Origin: a virus
Taxonomy: Duplodnaviria; Caudoviricetes
Strand: one strand, 5' to 3'
DNA length: 64,000 nucleotides
IMG/VR virus record: IMGVR_UViG_3300047169_000010
Span: 4,216-68,215 of that record
Under the pieces are notes generated by a model. That model did no database searches and was not told the origin of the DNA. It was given only the letters and a program-made list of their open reading frames with translations. A program made the position numbers and the translations under genes. The first letter of the stretch is position 1; each line of letters opens with the position of its first letter. This document shows positions 28,808 through 38,375 of the stretch, one piece after another.

Positions 28808-29161
28808 TTACCCGGCAGTCGCGTTGGTGATAACACCAGCGGCGAAAGTGTACGCGGTTTGGATCATCCAGTCAACCACGCCCGAACCCATCACGGTAAG
28901 ATCATGGCCTGCGGTCTTGGCGTCAGCGATGAACAGCGCCTTGGCTGCGGCAAACTTGTCCGCGTTGGTTGCGCCCGTAGCCAAGCTAACGGCGTCAATA
29001 GCCAGCTTGCCAAGATCAGTCTTGGCAAAGACGATGATGCTCTGCTCAACCGACGCCAATTCTGCCACGGCTGCCGCCTCAAGACTTGGAAGATTCTTGG
29101 TGAAAATTCCCGCGAAAAACTTACCGAGCGCCGGTAAGATAGATGAAAACTTGAACGTCAT
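28808..29161 (-). CDS. Lysis-cassette hypothetical protein
   Basis: GGAGG RBS; Ala-rich 117 aa. Confidence 0.5.
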   Translation of the reverse strand: MTFKFSSILPALGKFFAGIFTKNLPSLEAAAVAELASVEQSIIVFAKTDLGKLAIDAVSLATGATNADKFAAAKALFIADAKTAGHDLTVMGSGVVDWMIQTAYTFAAGVITNATAG

Positions 29162-29187
29162 AGGTGTTACCTCCTCCGCTTTTGCGG

Positions 29188-29466
29188 TTACTGCTTTGGG
29201 ATGTTTGAGTCCGTTTTGACTATGGATGTGTCTGTGGTTGTGGTTCCTGGCGGCATGTCTGCCGGGTCGCGCCCCTTGGTTACATCCTTACCCGTCAGTA
29301 TGGTGGATGCGATGGCTGCCAGTGCGGACACAAGTCCGGTGCCCGCTACCAAGGCGGCGATCCTTAGTGACGGATCAGTACGCGATCCGGCGAACAGATA
29401 GATCATCAGCAGGATTGCGCCAATAAGAATCAGAAACGCTATAGTATTCGTGCTGATAGTCTTCAT
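29188..29466 (-). CDS. Putative holin (two transmembrane segments)
   Basis: Two hydrophobic helices and a polar tail; adjacent to the endolysin; GGAGG RBS. Confidence 0.55.
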   Translation of the reverse strand: MKTISTNTIAFLILIGAILLMIYLFAGSRTDPSLRIAALVAGTGLVSALAAIASTILTGKDVTKGRDPADMPPGTTTTDTSIVKTDSNIPKQ

Positions 29467-29484
29467 TTTACCTCCGGTGCAAAA

Positions 29485-29512
29485 AGTATACCACGCGCCT
29501 TGAGTTCATCAA
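29485..29512 (-). promoter_or_regulatory. Sigma70-like promoter for the holin-like gene
   Basis: TTGATG-16 nt-TATACT with TGG extended -10. Confidence 0.45.
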
Positions 29513-29552
29513 ACGCTAGTGCGCATTCACGACACGGACAATCTGATACAAA

Positions 29553-29574
29553 CTGTCTGAATTTATTCAGACAG
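29553..29574 (-). terminator. Hairpin downstream of the endolysin
   Basis: CTGTCTGAA/TTCAGACAG 9-bp stem followed by TTTG on the - strand. Confidence 0.45.
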
Positions 29575-29578
29575 AGAG

Positions 29579-30073
29579 TTAGGACGTGGGTGCGTTGAAG
29601 TGGAGCGGTATGTTGTACTGCGCCCATACGGCCTCCAGTCCGCCTTGCTTGTACGCAGCACGGTCAGCATTGGTAGGTACGGCTGGAATCTCAGCCAGCT
29701 CAAAGTGATCATTGTCGCCTTTGCAGCCGCCGCGCAACGGCAACCCCGCCGCTGTGAGTGCTGCTATCATCGCTTTGAAGTGTGCGTCATTCACGTTCCA
29801 ATCAACAGCGCCGCCCGTGCCCACTATGAATGGAACGCAGTCAATCGCGAAGCCGTGATTATGCTGTGACCATCCACCGCGTGCGTTGGTGTCAACCGGC
29901 CCCGGCGCTGTGCGACCCTTGGCGTAGTCAGCATCAGAATCGGCATAGCTGCGCAGTGCCTCAACCACACGATAGTAGATGCCTTGCACAGCTAGTGCGT
30001 CAGACGCCTGATTGGCGCGTGCAATCACGGCTGGATGAGAGCCTGCTAATCGTTGTTCACTCAGAGGTTCCAT
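29579..30073 (-). CDS. Endolysin, M15C L-Ala-D-Glu peptidase-like
   Basis: EALRS..D.D..YAKGRT..G...T.ARGG.SQHN.G.AID.V...DNDHFE. Confidence 0.88.
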   Translation of the reverse strand: MEPLSEQRLAGSHPAVIARANQASDALAVQGIYYRVVEALRSYADSDADYAKGRTAPGPVDTNARGGWSQHNHGFAIDCVPFIVGTGGAVDWNVNDAHFKAMIAALTAAGLPLRGGCKGDNDHFELAEIPAVPTNADRAAYKQGGLEAVWAQYNIPLHFNAPTS

Positions 30074-30101
30074 TGTAGTCCTTCCTCAAGCTGTGTTCTG
30101 G

Positions 30102-32849
30102 CTAAAAAGCCGTGCAGGTTGTCCCAGCCACACCTGACGTATTCGTAGTCCAGCCCAGTTTACCATTCGCCGCGTAGCAAGCGAGCGTATTCGTGCTGGG
30201 TGGTGTGTCAACAACAAACTGATGAGATTGATTGGAACCTGTTGTTCCTGACGGATTTGAGCCCGCTAAAGTGGTTAGGTCAACCGTAGCTGTCGGCCCT
30301 CCTGGGAAGCTGTTGTCTTCGACTGGATTGCGGATAATAGCGGCCCCCGGCAGCGTTGAAGCATGGTCAAAAGTTATGACCACTGGAATCGTTGATGTTG
30401 TAGTCACGCAAGCGTCAACGTAATAGAAAGGCGACGCTCCGTTGCTCATCTCTAACTTAGTAACTGACCCCCACGATGAGCCTGAGTAGTTTGCGCGACG
30501 AAACGTAAGGCTTGGTGTTGCCCCGTATGCGGAAGACACAAAATCCCAAAGACTATCGGCATAGTTCCCCGCTTGCGATATCTCAAACGATCCGGCAACG
30601 TTTGGAAGACCTTGAGGCAGTAAAGACGTGTCGACAACTCGGTAGCACCCACTATGACCGGATGCCGGAGCCTGCGCCGGGATGAAGGTCGCTATCGTGT
30701 TGGGTGACGTAGCATGACTGTAATTCATAGTCATGGGATAGCCGTTGAATCCGCCTCCGCTCAAACCTTGTCCGACTTGAGTTCCCCAGAACTTATCAGT
30801 GAGCGCCACAGGCACCGGACCACTGTGGTACGAACCAACATCCAATCCGTGAATTTCCACCTGCGAGTCAACGCTGGTGATGCAGGTCTGTGAAGTGATA
30901 GTATAGACAAAGGCACAAGTCACACCCTCCACAACCGTACTGGTGTTGGTGTGGTCAATATAGATATACGGAATACTGGAGCTGACCATTTCGTCCTGTT
31001 CCGTGTAGACATTCTTCAATGTTAGACCTGAGGATTGTGATACTAAAACTGTAGGCAGTCCAGGGTATCCGTAAAACTCGTTTGCCGTGAAGTTGGAAAG
31101 AAGAATCCTACTCACGTCGCTGAAATAAGGCGCATTTGCCGGGGTAATTTCAAGTGTTGTGTTTGGATTAGTTGCCGTTGCGTTCGCACTGAGCGTAATT
31201 GTAGTTCCCGTCACACTCGTGATAGTTCCTACAATAGTTTCGCCCGACAAGTTGCCTGTGCGCGGGTCGATATTGTCAACCGTTCTAGCAGAGGCGCCAA
31301 TCAACTTGTACATGTTGTCCGTGGTGATATTTGTATAGGTCACCGTAGGCGACCCGCTTGTAGTAGACACTCCCGTCGCAAGTTCGTTGTACCCGATCTG
31401 TACACCACTCTGCCAGCTATCGACCGCAGACCCACAGCATCCGCCGATACCAAAACCAAAGGGGTTGACGGAGGGATAATTACTGCCGCCCCCTGTGACT
31501 GCGATTGACGCCACATGACCGCCCGATAAGGTGGTCGTGAACGTGGCACCTGTTCCGCTGTTTAGAGTAAACAATCGGCCCCACGTTACTGTACCGCTGC
31601 ATCCCGAGCCGAACCTGACACCATCGGGTGAAGCCGCTTGAATCACTCCCTGGAAAGACCGTGCGTACATATACGCCGGGGTTGAACATCCGCTGGTGCT
31701 AACAAAACCTATTCCTGTGCCGTCGGGAGGTGGCTCTGAAAGTACGTTCTTATACTGCGACTGGTCAACCAACCCCCAGATATATGTTGGGTGACCTACG
31801 AAAATAGCGCCTGAGTTAGATTGAAACTCAATCCCAGACATTTGAGTATACAAGCCCCCGAAAGCCGTGTGGGCGTTCGTGGAGTAGATGTGCGAAAGAT
31901 TCGCGCCTGTTGCTGCCACTAGAAGTAGCTCAGTTCCACGGAAACTCTCACCGACTGGGTGGATAGAAGTGTTATTGAGTTGAGTGATTCCCGGAATTAC
32001 CACTCTGCCCGTATCACTCACGCTGGTGATGTTCGCATGAGGTAGCGGAACCACGATTGTCGTAGCACTGACCGAGGTCGGATATAACTCGTCCGCGCCG
32101 CTGAGGCCCGCGCAACCTCCGCTAAAGCCTGTTACCGCAAAAGGGATAAAGGGCGCAGACGTCGGCAACCCTGTAAAGCTGCCGGTAAGCGTGGCCACGT
32201 TGCCGGAAACTGCGCAGGCCGTGACCGCATATCCCGGGCTGGTGACCGTCCATGTGGCCCCCGTTGGGATAATCAACGCCATCGACGTAGTACCGTTGCC
32301 CCAGACAAGATGGTCGAAACTCTTACCGAAAAACATGGCCGCATCACACGTCCCGCCTCCGTTGGCGATAAGCTGTGCGCCGCACGCTGTTATCTGCGCC
32401 GCAATGTCTGACCCGCTAAAGGTTGAAGCATCCAACTTCCCGCGAAACACTTGAAAGTATGTGTTAGCAGTCGCCCACGAAGGAAGATTGTATGCTGTGT
32501 ACGTGGTTCCTTTAGGCGTTTCACACTGATTGTCTTGCGGCACGTAAAACATTCCAGAAACATTGCAATTAGTTTGATCCGACAAAGCGTCTTGAAGCTG
32601 CGCTGCGGTAATGTTAGCGACCCAACCGCCAACGCCGCAAGTGTAAGCCGTGTTCGGCGTAGCAGCTACATCTAGATACGGCTGGCCATAATTCGCTGAC
32701 GAACAGGTAGCGCTCGGCGCTCCGCTTCCTGTTATCTGCGGCCATTTTATCTGCGACGCAGGATTTATCTGTGTCTGACCAAAAGCAATGCCGCAAAAAG
32801 CTAGAATCGTCAGAAATATCGCGTTGCACTTATACATGTCATACTCCAT
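30102..32849 (-). CDS. Tail fibre/spike-like beta-rich protein with apparent signal peptide
   Basis: Position after the central tail gene; Gly/Ser/Thr-rich beta-helix-like sequence; N-terminus MYKCNAIFLTILAFCGIAFG-Q. Confidence 0.6.
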   Translation of the reverse strand: MEYDMYKCNAIFLTILAFCGIAFGQTQINPASQIKWPQITGSGAPSATCSSANYGQPYLDVAATPNTAYTCGVGGWVANITAAQLQDALSDQTNCNVSGMFYVPQDNQCETPKGTTYTAYNLPSWATANTYFQVFRGKLDASTFSGSDIAAQITACGAQLIANGGGTCDAAMFFGKSFDHLVWGNGTTSMALIIPTGATWTVTSPGYAVTACAVSGNVATLTGSFTGLPTSAPFIPFAVTGFSGGCAGLSGADELYPTSVSATTIVVPLPHANITSVSDTGRVVIPGITQLNNTSIHPVGESFRGTELLLVAATGANLSHIYSTNAHTAFGGLYTQMSGIEFQSNSGAIFVGHPTYIWGLVDQSQYKNVLSEPPPDGTGIGFVSTSGCSTPAYMYARSFQGVIQAASPDGVRFGSGCSGTVTWGRLFTLNSGTGATFTTTLSGGHVASIAVTGGGSNYPSVNPFGFGIGGCCGSAVDSWQSGVQIGYNELATGVSTTSGSPTVTYTNITTDNMYKLIGASARTVDNIDPRTGNLSGETIVGTITSVTGTTITLSANATATNPNTTLEITPANAPYFSDVSRILLSNFTANEFYGYPGLPTVLVSQSSGLTLKNVYTEQDEMVSSSIPYIYIDHTNTSTVVEGVTCAFVYTITSQTCITSVDSQVEIHGLDVGSYHSGPVPVALTDKFWGTQVGQGLSGGGFNGYPMTMNYSHATSPNTIATFIPAQAPASGHSGCYRVVDTSLLPQGLPNVAGSFEISQAGNYADSLWDFVSSAYGATPSLTFRRANYSGSSWGSVTKLEMSNGASPFYYVDACVTTTSTIPVVITFDHASTLPGAAIIRNPVEDNSFPGGPTATVDLTTLAGSNPSGTTGSNQSHQFVVDTPPSTNTLACYAANGKLGWTTNTSGVAGTTCTAF

Positions 32850-35800
32850 TTATTTGAACTTCGTTTATACCGCCTTGGCTGTTCGCCGATCCAAATGGCG
32901 TGTACGAGTAAACCGTCGCGGCTGCCAATGATTGGACAACGGTGCCGAATGTGTTGAAGCTGAGAATTTTGAAGAACAGCTCACGACCCAACCATACTAC
33001 GGGTATCGGTAGCTTTACAATACCGATGCCATCAGGCGATAAGAAAGCGAATCGCGAACCTATGGTGTGATCATTTCCGACACCCGGCGACGGTGCGCCG
33101 AATACACCACGGTTTAGGTGATTTTGCGCGGTTTGATAATACACTGTGATCGTAAACGCTTGCCCGATAAACACACGAACCGTGTCGGGGACGTTAGCGG
33201 CCATGGCAAAGCCGAATGTTCCTGACGTAACGGCTGCCAGCAACGCTGCTGCTGAGAGACCCCATAGATCAGTGGGGCCTCCGTATGTCTCAACCGCTAT
33301 AACTGGTGAGAACGGTGTGTTCGGTGTTTTGACAGTGCCGAACGCAGCACCATTCCATAAAGATACCTGCGAAAGAACGCCAGAAGTCTCGCTCTGCGAA
33401 ACCAGCGCTGCGCTGACTTCAATACCTAGAATCGTGGAACCTGCCGGTATGCTGATATCAGCAAAGTTGGTGAAGTTCAGATCGCTGAGACTTGTGACAA
33501 CAGGTTCGTAATGTGTCCGGAATTGGTTGCCGACATACTGCCACACACTCGATCCGTATTGCGTATACGCTACAGAAGAAGAATTAGATTCTGTTGTCCC
33601 GGTTGCCTTCAGCGTGTAGCTGTTTGGACCAGTTAGATCAGCCACGGCGTAAGTCATCAACTCGTACGGCTGTGTGGGCATGGTCGCCTCAGCAGCGACA
33701 GTTGCATTATTCGCAAAATTAGATACGAAAGTTAGTGGTTTCGCCCACGCCACACCCTGACCGCTAGGAACGCTAAACGGAGGCGGAATGGAACTGTCGA
33801 TAACTGGCGTAGCGCTGGTGTAGTAAATCGCATAGCCTGCGGCTGTAAGCGCCGCTGAGCAAGCCGTCCCCGCGCTCGTAGTGGTTCCACTCTGCGCTTG
33901 AATCATTATTCCTTGACCGGTAAGCAGACTAAGCAACGTGCCGATAGACGGTCCGTATAGTTCTGTGAGCGATGAAGACGAAAGAGGGTAGCCCGGAAAA
34001 TACGTGCCTGCGGCAGGACCACCGCTAACCATAGCTGCCGCCGCACCGTAAGACAACGATCCAAGCGCTGGGCTGCCGCCTGTAAACGATGCGATAGCAA
34101 CTGGATAGATACCCTGAATAACGGCGTCAGCTGGCAGTGACGGAACCGATAACGTGCTGAACACAGCGGCGGCAACCCCGTTGATATAATTGCCTGGACC
34201 AAGCGGCTGTGCTGTAAGCTTTGCACGGGCATTGGCGCTTGTGTCGTCACCGGCTACGTAACACGGATACTGAAAACCGTCTTCCGTCTGAACGCTATAG
34301 CTTTGCAACTCGCCGTTGCTTTCAGAAAGATCAACTGCAAGATCATTCGTAGTGTCTGGCGTATTAGCTGCGGGCCAGTCAGCTGTCAGGTCTCCTGTAG
34401 TCGCGCTACCGCTCGTGGGATTTCCTATCGCCGTGTAACTATTTCCTCCGTCAGTTGATACATACACCTGCGCGCCGCCAAACTGTGAATCTGGCGAAGA
34501 AATAACAATCCAAAGCTCGCCTTGATTGTTATATCCCTGTAGTGCTGCCGTGGGCTGAAAGATTATCGGTGGATTGACATCTCCAGCCGGTTTATTCACG
34601 TTGGGTGTGTATGGTACCGGCGCGACGGCAGCCAACGGCAATGGATCATTCATACCGTAGACAAAAGGTTGCGCTTCACATGCGAACGTACCGTCTGCGG
34701 ATCGTTCCTGAATGCTGGTGATACGCACTGGCTGACCATTGATTCCAGCCAGCGGGTCTGTAACTGTTATCAAGTCCATAGGTGCAAGCAACGCCCACTT
34801 AGATGACAATGTGAATTCGTATATGTCGCTACCATACTGCAAACGCCGGACTTGAATACCCAGCAGCAGTCGCGCCACGGCCACGTCCTGCACTGCATAG
34901 TTCTGTATGGGGTCAGCCTTACGAACGCCGTACAGTGCGATTGACCCCGCGTCCGGCACACTCACCACACTGGGATTGTAGTTGCTAGTTCTGTTGATAC
35001 ACTGCATCTGCAGTACGTTCGGCTGGTTGACACGAGCCGCCGTCGTAACAGTGATTGGTGAGTCCTTTCCGGTGGTTATGAAATCACCATTGACGGTGCT
35101 AAGATTTGCGATGGGGCCGTTAGCTGTGGGTGCAATAAAGATGCTACCATTACCCACAGCAGACACTTCAGAATAAGGGATACTGAACAGCTTGAATCCC
35201 ATGAATACGGGTGCTGCGTTGGCGGCGGCGTAAAGAAGATCAAGCCACGCACTTGCGGCCTGCTGACTGTTCATAGTCAGAGACCCGTACAGACCGTTGG
35301 CGCGGCACTGCGCCCTTACTTCATCTAACGACGAAAAGTCTATGAAATCTTCAACGGGTTGCGGATACCCAGACGGCTGTGAACTCTTGAACGCCAATAT
35401 GCACATCTGGTTTGGGTTGCCAGCAATTGCTAGACCGTAAGTCCCTGGATTCTGCGTCACGCGCTCCAGCACCAGATGATACTCGCTGGCACCGCCATAC
35501 AAACCACTGTCAGCGGCCAACACAGCGTCCCAGTTTGGCGTGTTGGGCGTGTTTGCGCCGTATGGCGTATTCCACAAACCGATGCCCAGAATATATGATG
35601 CGAAGCCATTGGTGTTACTGGTAGTGATGTTGGCCGCGCCGTTGTGCCCCACGACAACAGCGTCAAATATGTTTACGCCAGACAATTCAAATATACTTAT
35701 CTGCGTCCCACTGCCAGGAAATCCTGCGATCGTCACTAGGTTGTTCAGGCTGCCGCCCAGCGCCGTGGCATACCATGCTTGACTACTGCCTCCGGTTGTG

Positions 35801-36951
35801 AATACCGGCGTCCATGTGTTTCCGTCGGTGTCTGAAATAGCAAGTGTGCCACCGACCACACTGCATGACGCTAACACAACTAAGAAATTTCCGGGCGTGT
35901 TTGGAAGATCGTAGGGCAGCGCATCGTCTAGAGCTAGACCGTACGCCATCTTTCGTTGTATGCATCCCGGGAAAGAACTGGCGTTCAAACCCTTCTGCAT
36001 CTGCGTGTAAGATGGCGACGACGGATCACCAATAGCGGCTTGCGCTATACCAGACTTGAATATGTCCTCAATCATGTCAGCGAAATCTGCATCCCCTGAA
36101 CTATACAACCCGAAGCAACCTTGCGTCTCAACCTGTAGTTGTGGAATAACCCCGCCGCTGCCAAGGTCAATATCACTACTTCCTACGCCTGCGTACATGG
36201 GATATAGAATCTGTTGTTCTGGTACGTTTGAATTGGCGTATTCATCACCACTGCCCAGTACAGGCTCAAACTCTAACCGTTGGCGCGCCAACGGCGGCTG
36301 ATTGCTGGTCGCGGCCGTCAGCTGTGCGTAGTACACGGTGACAACACCACTGATTCCGGGTGCGTCAATATACACCGTGTTTCCGTATCCTGGTTCCCAC
36401 CTGTAGCAGAACGGCCAGTTGCGCACGCCGCTGCCATGCACGGGATCAGGCCCAGTTTGCAGCGTATTCCAGAATGGAATCTGCATAGTGCCGGTCTCAT
36501 GAATCGGCCCCTGCCCGCCGTAATCGTTGAAAGTTTCATCGTAAGCGTCGGCGATGCTTACGCCCAACACAGCGTAGAAATTAGGGTCTGGTATAGATAT
36601 AGAACGGATATCGGTGCCAGTCACAACGTGTGTGGTGAATGCAAGAGGGATGGTGCCGCCGTTGTTCCATATCTGCAATACACCCAAGATAGGATTTGCA
36701 CCGATAAGAAAATCGATGTTCTCAATGTATGTCGCACCACCGCTCTTCTTCTGACTAAAACTTTGTTTTCCCTTTTTACCGCTGCCGCCTTGCCGCAAAT
36801 TGGCCGTCCATATGGCCAGAAGATTGCTCATGGTGGTGCCGTATATGGTGGGTATAGTCATACCGTAGGTGGCCGCTTGAAGAAGACTGCCATAAGCATA
36901 CGGCTGCTGACTGGATTGATTCTTTCCGCTGAACATTACGGTTTCTCCCAT
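32839..36951 (-). CDS. GTA-type central tail/host-specificity protein with inserted domains
   Basis: TYGMTIPTIYGT N-terminus; RAARVNQPNVLQ...YN...GVRKAD...MDLITV..P..GI...PVRITSIQE phage-tail core; position downstream of NlpC/P60. Confidence 0.75.
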   Translation of the reverse strand: MGETVMFSGKNQSSQQPYAYGSLLQAATYGMTIPTIYGTTMSNLLAIWTANLRQGGSGKKGKQSFSQKKSGGATYIENIDFLIGANPILGVLQIWNNGGTIPLAFTTHVVTGTDIRSISIPDPNFYAVLGVSIADAYDETFNDYGGQGPIHETGTMQIPFWNTLQTGPDPVHGSGVRNWPFCYRWEPGYGNTVYIDAPGISGVVTVYYAQLTAATSNQPPLARQRLEFEPVLGSGDEYANSNVPEQQILYPMYAGVGSSDIDLGSGGVIPQLQVETQGCFGLYSSGDADFADMIEDIFKSGIAQAAIGDPSSPSYTQMQKGLNASSFPGCIQRKMAYGLALDDALPYDLPNTPGNFLVVLASCSVVGGTLAISDTDGNTWTPVFTTGGSSQAWYATALGGSLNNLVTIAGFPGSGTQISIFELSGVNIFDAVVVGHNGAANITTSNTNGFASYILGIGLWNTPYGANTPNTPNWDAVLAADSGLYGGASEYHLVLERVTQNPGTYGLAIAGNPNQMCILAFKSSQPSGYPQPVEDFIDFSSLDEVRAQCRANGLYGSLTMNSQQAASAWLDLLYAAANAAPVFMGFKLFSIPYSEVSAVGNGSIFIAPTANGPIANLSTVNGDFITTGKDSPITVTTAARVNQPNVLQMQCINRTSNYNPSVVSVPDAGSIALYGVRKADPIQNYAVQDVAVARLLLGIQVRRLQYGSDIYEFTLSSKWALLAPMDLITVTDPLAGINGQPVRITSIQERSADGTFACEAQPFVYGMNDPLPLAAVAPVPYTPNVNKPAGDVNPPIIFQPTAALQGYNNQGELWIVISSPDSQFGGAQVYVSTDGGNSYTAIGNPTSGSATTGDLTADWPAANTPDTTNDLAVDLSESNGELQSYSVQTEDGFQYPCYVAGDDTSANARAKLTAQPLGPGNYINGVAAAVFSTLSVPSLPADAVIQGIYPVAIASFTGGSPALGSLSYGAAAAMVSGGPAAGTYFPGYPLSSSSLTELYGPSIGTLLSLLTGQGIMIQAQSGTTTSAGTACSAALTAAGYAIYYTSATPVIDSSIPPPFSVPSGQGVAWAKPLTFVSNFANNATVAAEATMPTQPYELMTYAVADLTGPNSYTLKATGTTESNSSSVAYTQYGSSVWQYVGNQFRTHYEPVVTSLSDLNFTNFADISIPAGSTILGIEVSAALVSQSETSGVLSQVSLWNGAAFGTVKTPNTPFSPVIAVETYGGPTDLWGLSAAALLAAVTSGTFGFAMAANVPDTVRVFIGQAFTITVYYQTAQNHLNRGVFGAPSPGVGNDHTIGSRFAFLSPDGIGIVKLPIPVVWLGRELFFKILSFNTFGTVVQSLAAATVYSYTPFGSANSQGGINEVQINGV

Positions 36952-37391
36952 GGGTCAAAAATGGCCATGGCAGTAAAGCATGTGGCCGCATACTTGACAG
37001 CGTTGCATTCAGCCACAACAGGTTTCATGGCGTGTATCATACGAGGCCATGTTGTGACGATACCGCCGTGGTTGTACAGCGTGCTTCCAGCAACCTTGAA
37101 CAGAACTATATTTCCTGGCAGCGCCGCCGTGGGTGTTCCTCGCGCTATGGTCTCCATAGTCTTTTTGACGTGACGTATCAAGCTCAACATATAGCGATCT
37201 TCTGTTGTGTTGCAAAACCAGTCGCTTGAATAAACGCCGAGGTCTTGTTGCGTGGCCGCGCCTATATCGGTCAGATATTCAGCTATAAGACTGGCGCAAT
37301 CACATCCAGCGCCTTTGACGCGACCACCCAGTCGGTACGGCGTACCTACCCAGGAACGAGCGATTTCTACAGATTCTTCACGACTAAGCAT
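36936..37391 (-). CDS. NlpC/P60 peptidase (tail-associated)
   Basis: ARSWVGTPY...GCDCASLI...HGGIV...MIHA. Confidence 0.88.
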   Translation of the reverse strand: MLSREESVEIARSWVGTPYRLGGRVKGAGCDCASLIAEYLTDIGAATQQDLGVYSSDWFCNTTEDRYMLSLIRHVKKTMETIARGTPTAALPGNIVLFKVAGSTLYNHGGIVTTWPRMIHAMKPVVAECNAVKYAATCFTAMAIFDPWEKP

Positions 37392-37403
37392 TCTATCCTC
37401 TGT

Positions 37404-38375
37404 TCAGACAGCGGTGACGGGTGCTGGGACGTAGGGGAAGCCATAGAAATCTCCGTCACTAAGATTTATTGGTGCTGCGGGTGACACATAGAATGTGTCC
37501 ACCCCCGGCGTGGGTGCCCACGGCAATGGGCTGTAAATGGCGAACGCACTGTGGTGATTGCCGTTCCCATCTGTGAACGCACCGTTGTTACCAATAGCCG
37601 ACCAGTATCCAGCCAGCGTAGCACCGGGACCGGACAAGAACACCATGTAACCGCCGACGAATATGTTGCCCGGATATATCTTACCAGGAGATGGACTGGT
37701 GCAGTCGGCTATCACGCTAACTGTGGTAGACCCTGCAAACGCCGTGAACGTCGGCTGTCCAGTTTCACCAGCCACCAAGCTCGCTCCGGTATACCCGGCC
37801 AGTGTTGACGTTGACTCAATAACGTTCGGCGGCAATTTTTGCGTGACCACATCAAGAAAACTAGATACTGTGAAAATCACGCCGCTGCGACTGGCTTTGC
37901 AGCTGGCTACACGACCGCCGAACCAAGGGTATCCACCTAGGGTCATAGCGTCACCTGATGACGGCATGAATATCTTCCATATGCGAACGGGCCAGTTATC
38001 AAAAATATGATTAGTGGCAAGCTGTACAGGATTGGCCGTGGCCAGTGACTGTGTGAAAGCATTCACGCCGAGCGTTTGCAGGACGCCTGGAGTCCAGTTG
38101 ACGGTTGTCTTCTGTATCTCTGTTCCTATCTTTGTAGTGAGGTCACCGCGTGTAATCACAGCGGGTTGGAACGTACCCCACGGCGCGTACACCACAGGCG
38201 CTTCGTGATCGGTAAGATAATACGATGCCGGATCGCCGGGTGTGCCGATTATAAACAGATGGCGAATAATCGGGTCGTCCGTGCCTGTTAGATACGCTTG
38301 GCACGCTACCGTAGAATCAACCCCGTAACCGTTTGTACACTGACGCATTTCTAAACCCCTTCGCTTATGCTGCAA
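37404..38375 (-). CDS. DUF2163-like baseplate hub protein
   Basis: GTA-type gene order; Y.LTDHE...RG...WF.GRV...and terminal F.GFPYVP. Confidence 0.7.
   Translation of the reverse strand: MQHKRRGLEMRQCTNGYGVDSTVACQAYLTGTDDPIIRHLFIIGTPGDPASYYLTDHEAPVVYAPWGTFQPAVITRGDLTTKIGTEIQKTTVNWTPGVLQTLGVNAFTQSLATANPVQLATNHIFDNWPVRIWKIFMPSSGDAMTLGGYPWFGGRVASCKASRSGVIFTVSSFLDVVTQKLPPNVIESTSTLAGYTGASLVAGETGQPTFTAFAGSTTVSVIADCTSPSPGKIYPGNIFVGGYMVFLSGPGATLAGYWSAIGNNGAFTDGNGNHHSAFAIYSPLPWAPTPGVDTFYVSPAAPINLSDGDFYGFPYVPAPVTAV

Noticed and set aside
30102-36951. Diversity-generating retroelement acting on tail genes
   Set aside because: No reverse transcriptase motif and no TR/VR repeat pair were seen.
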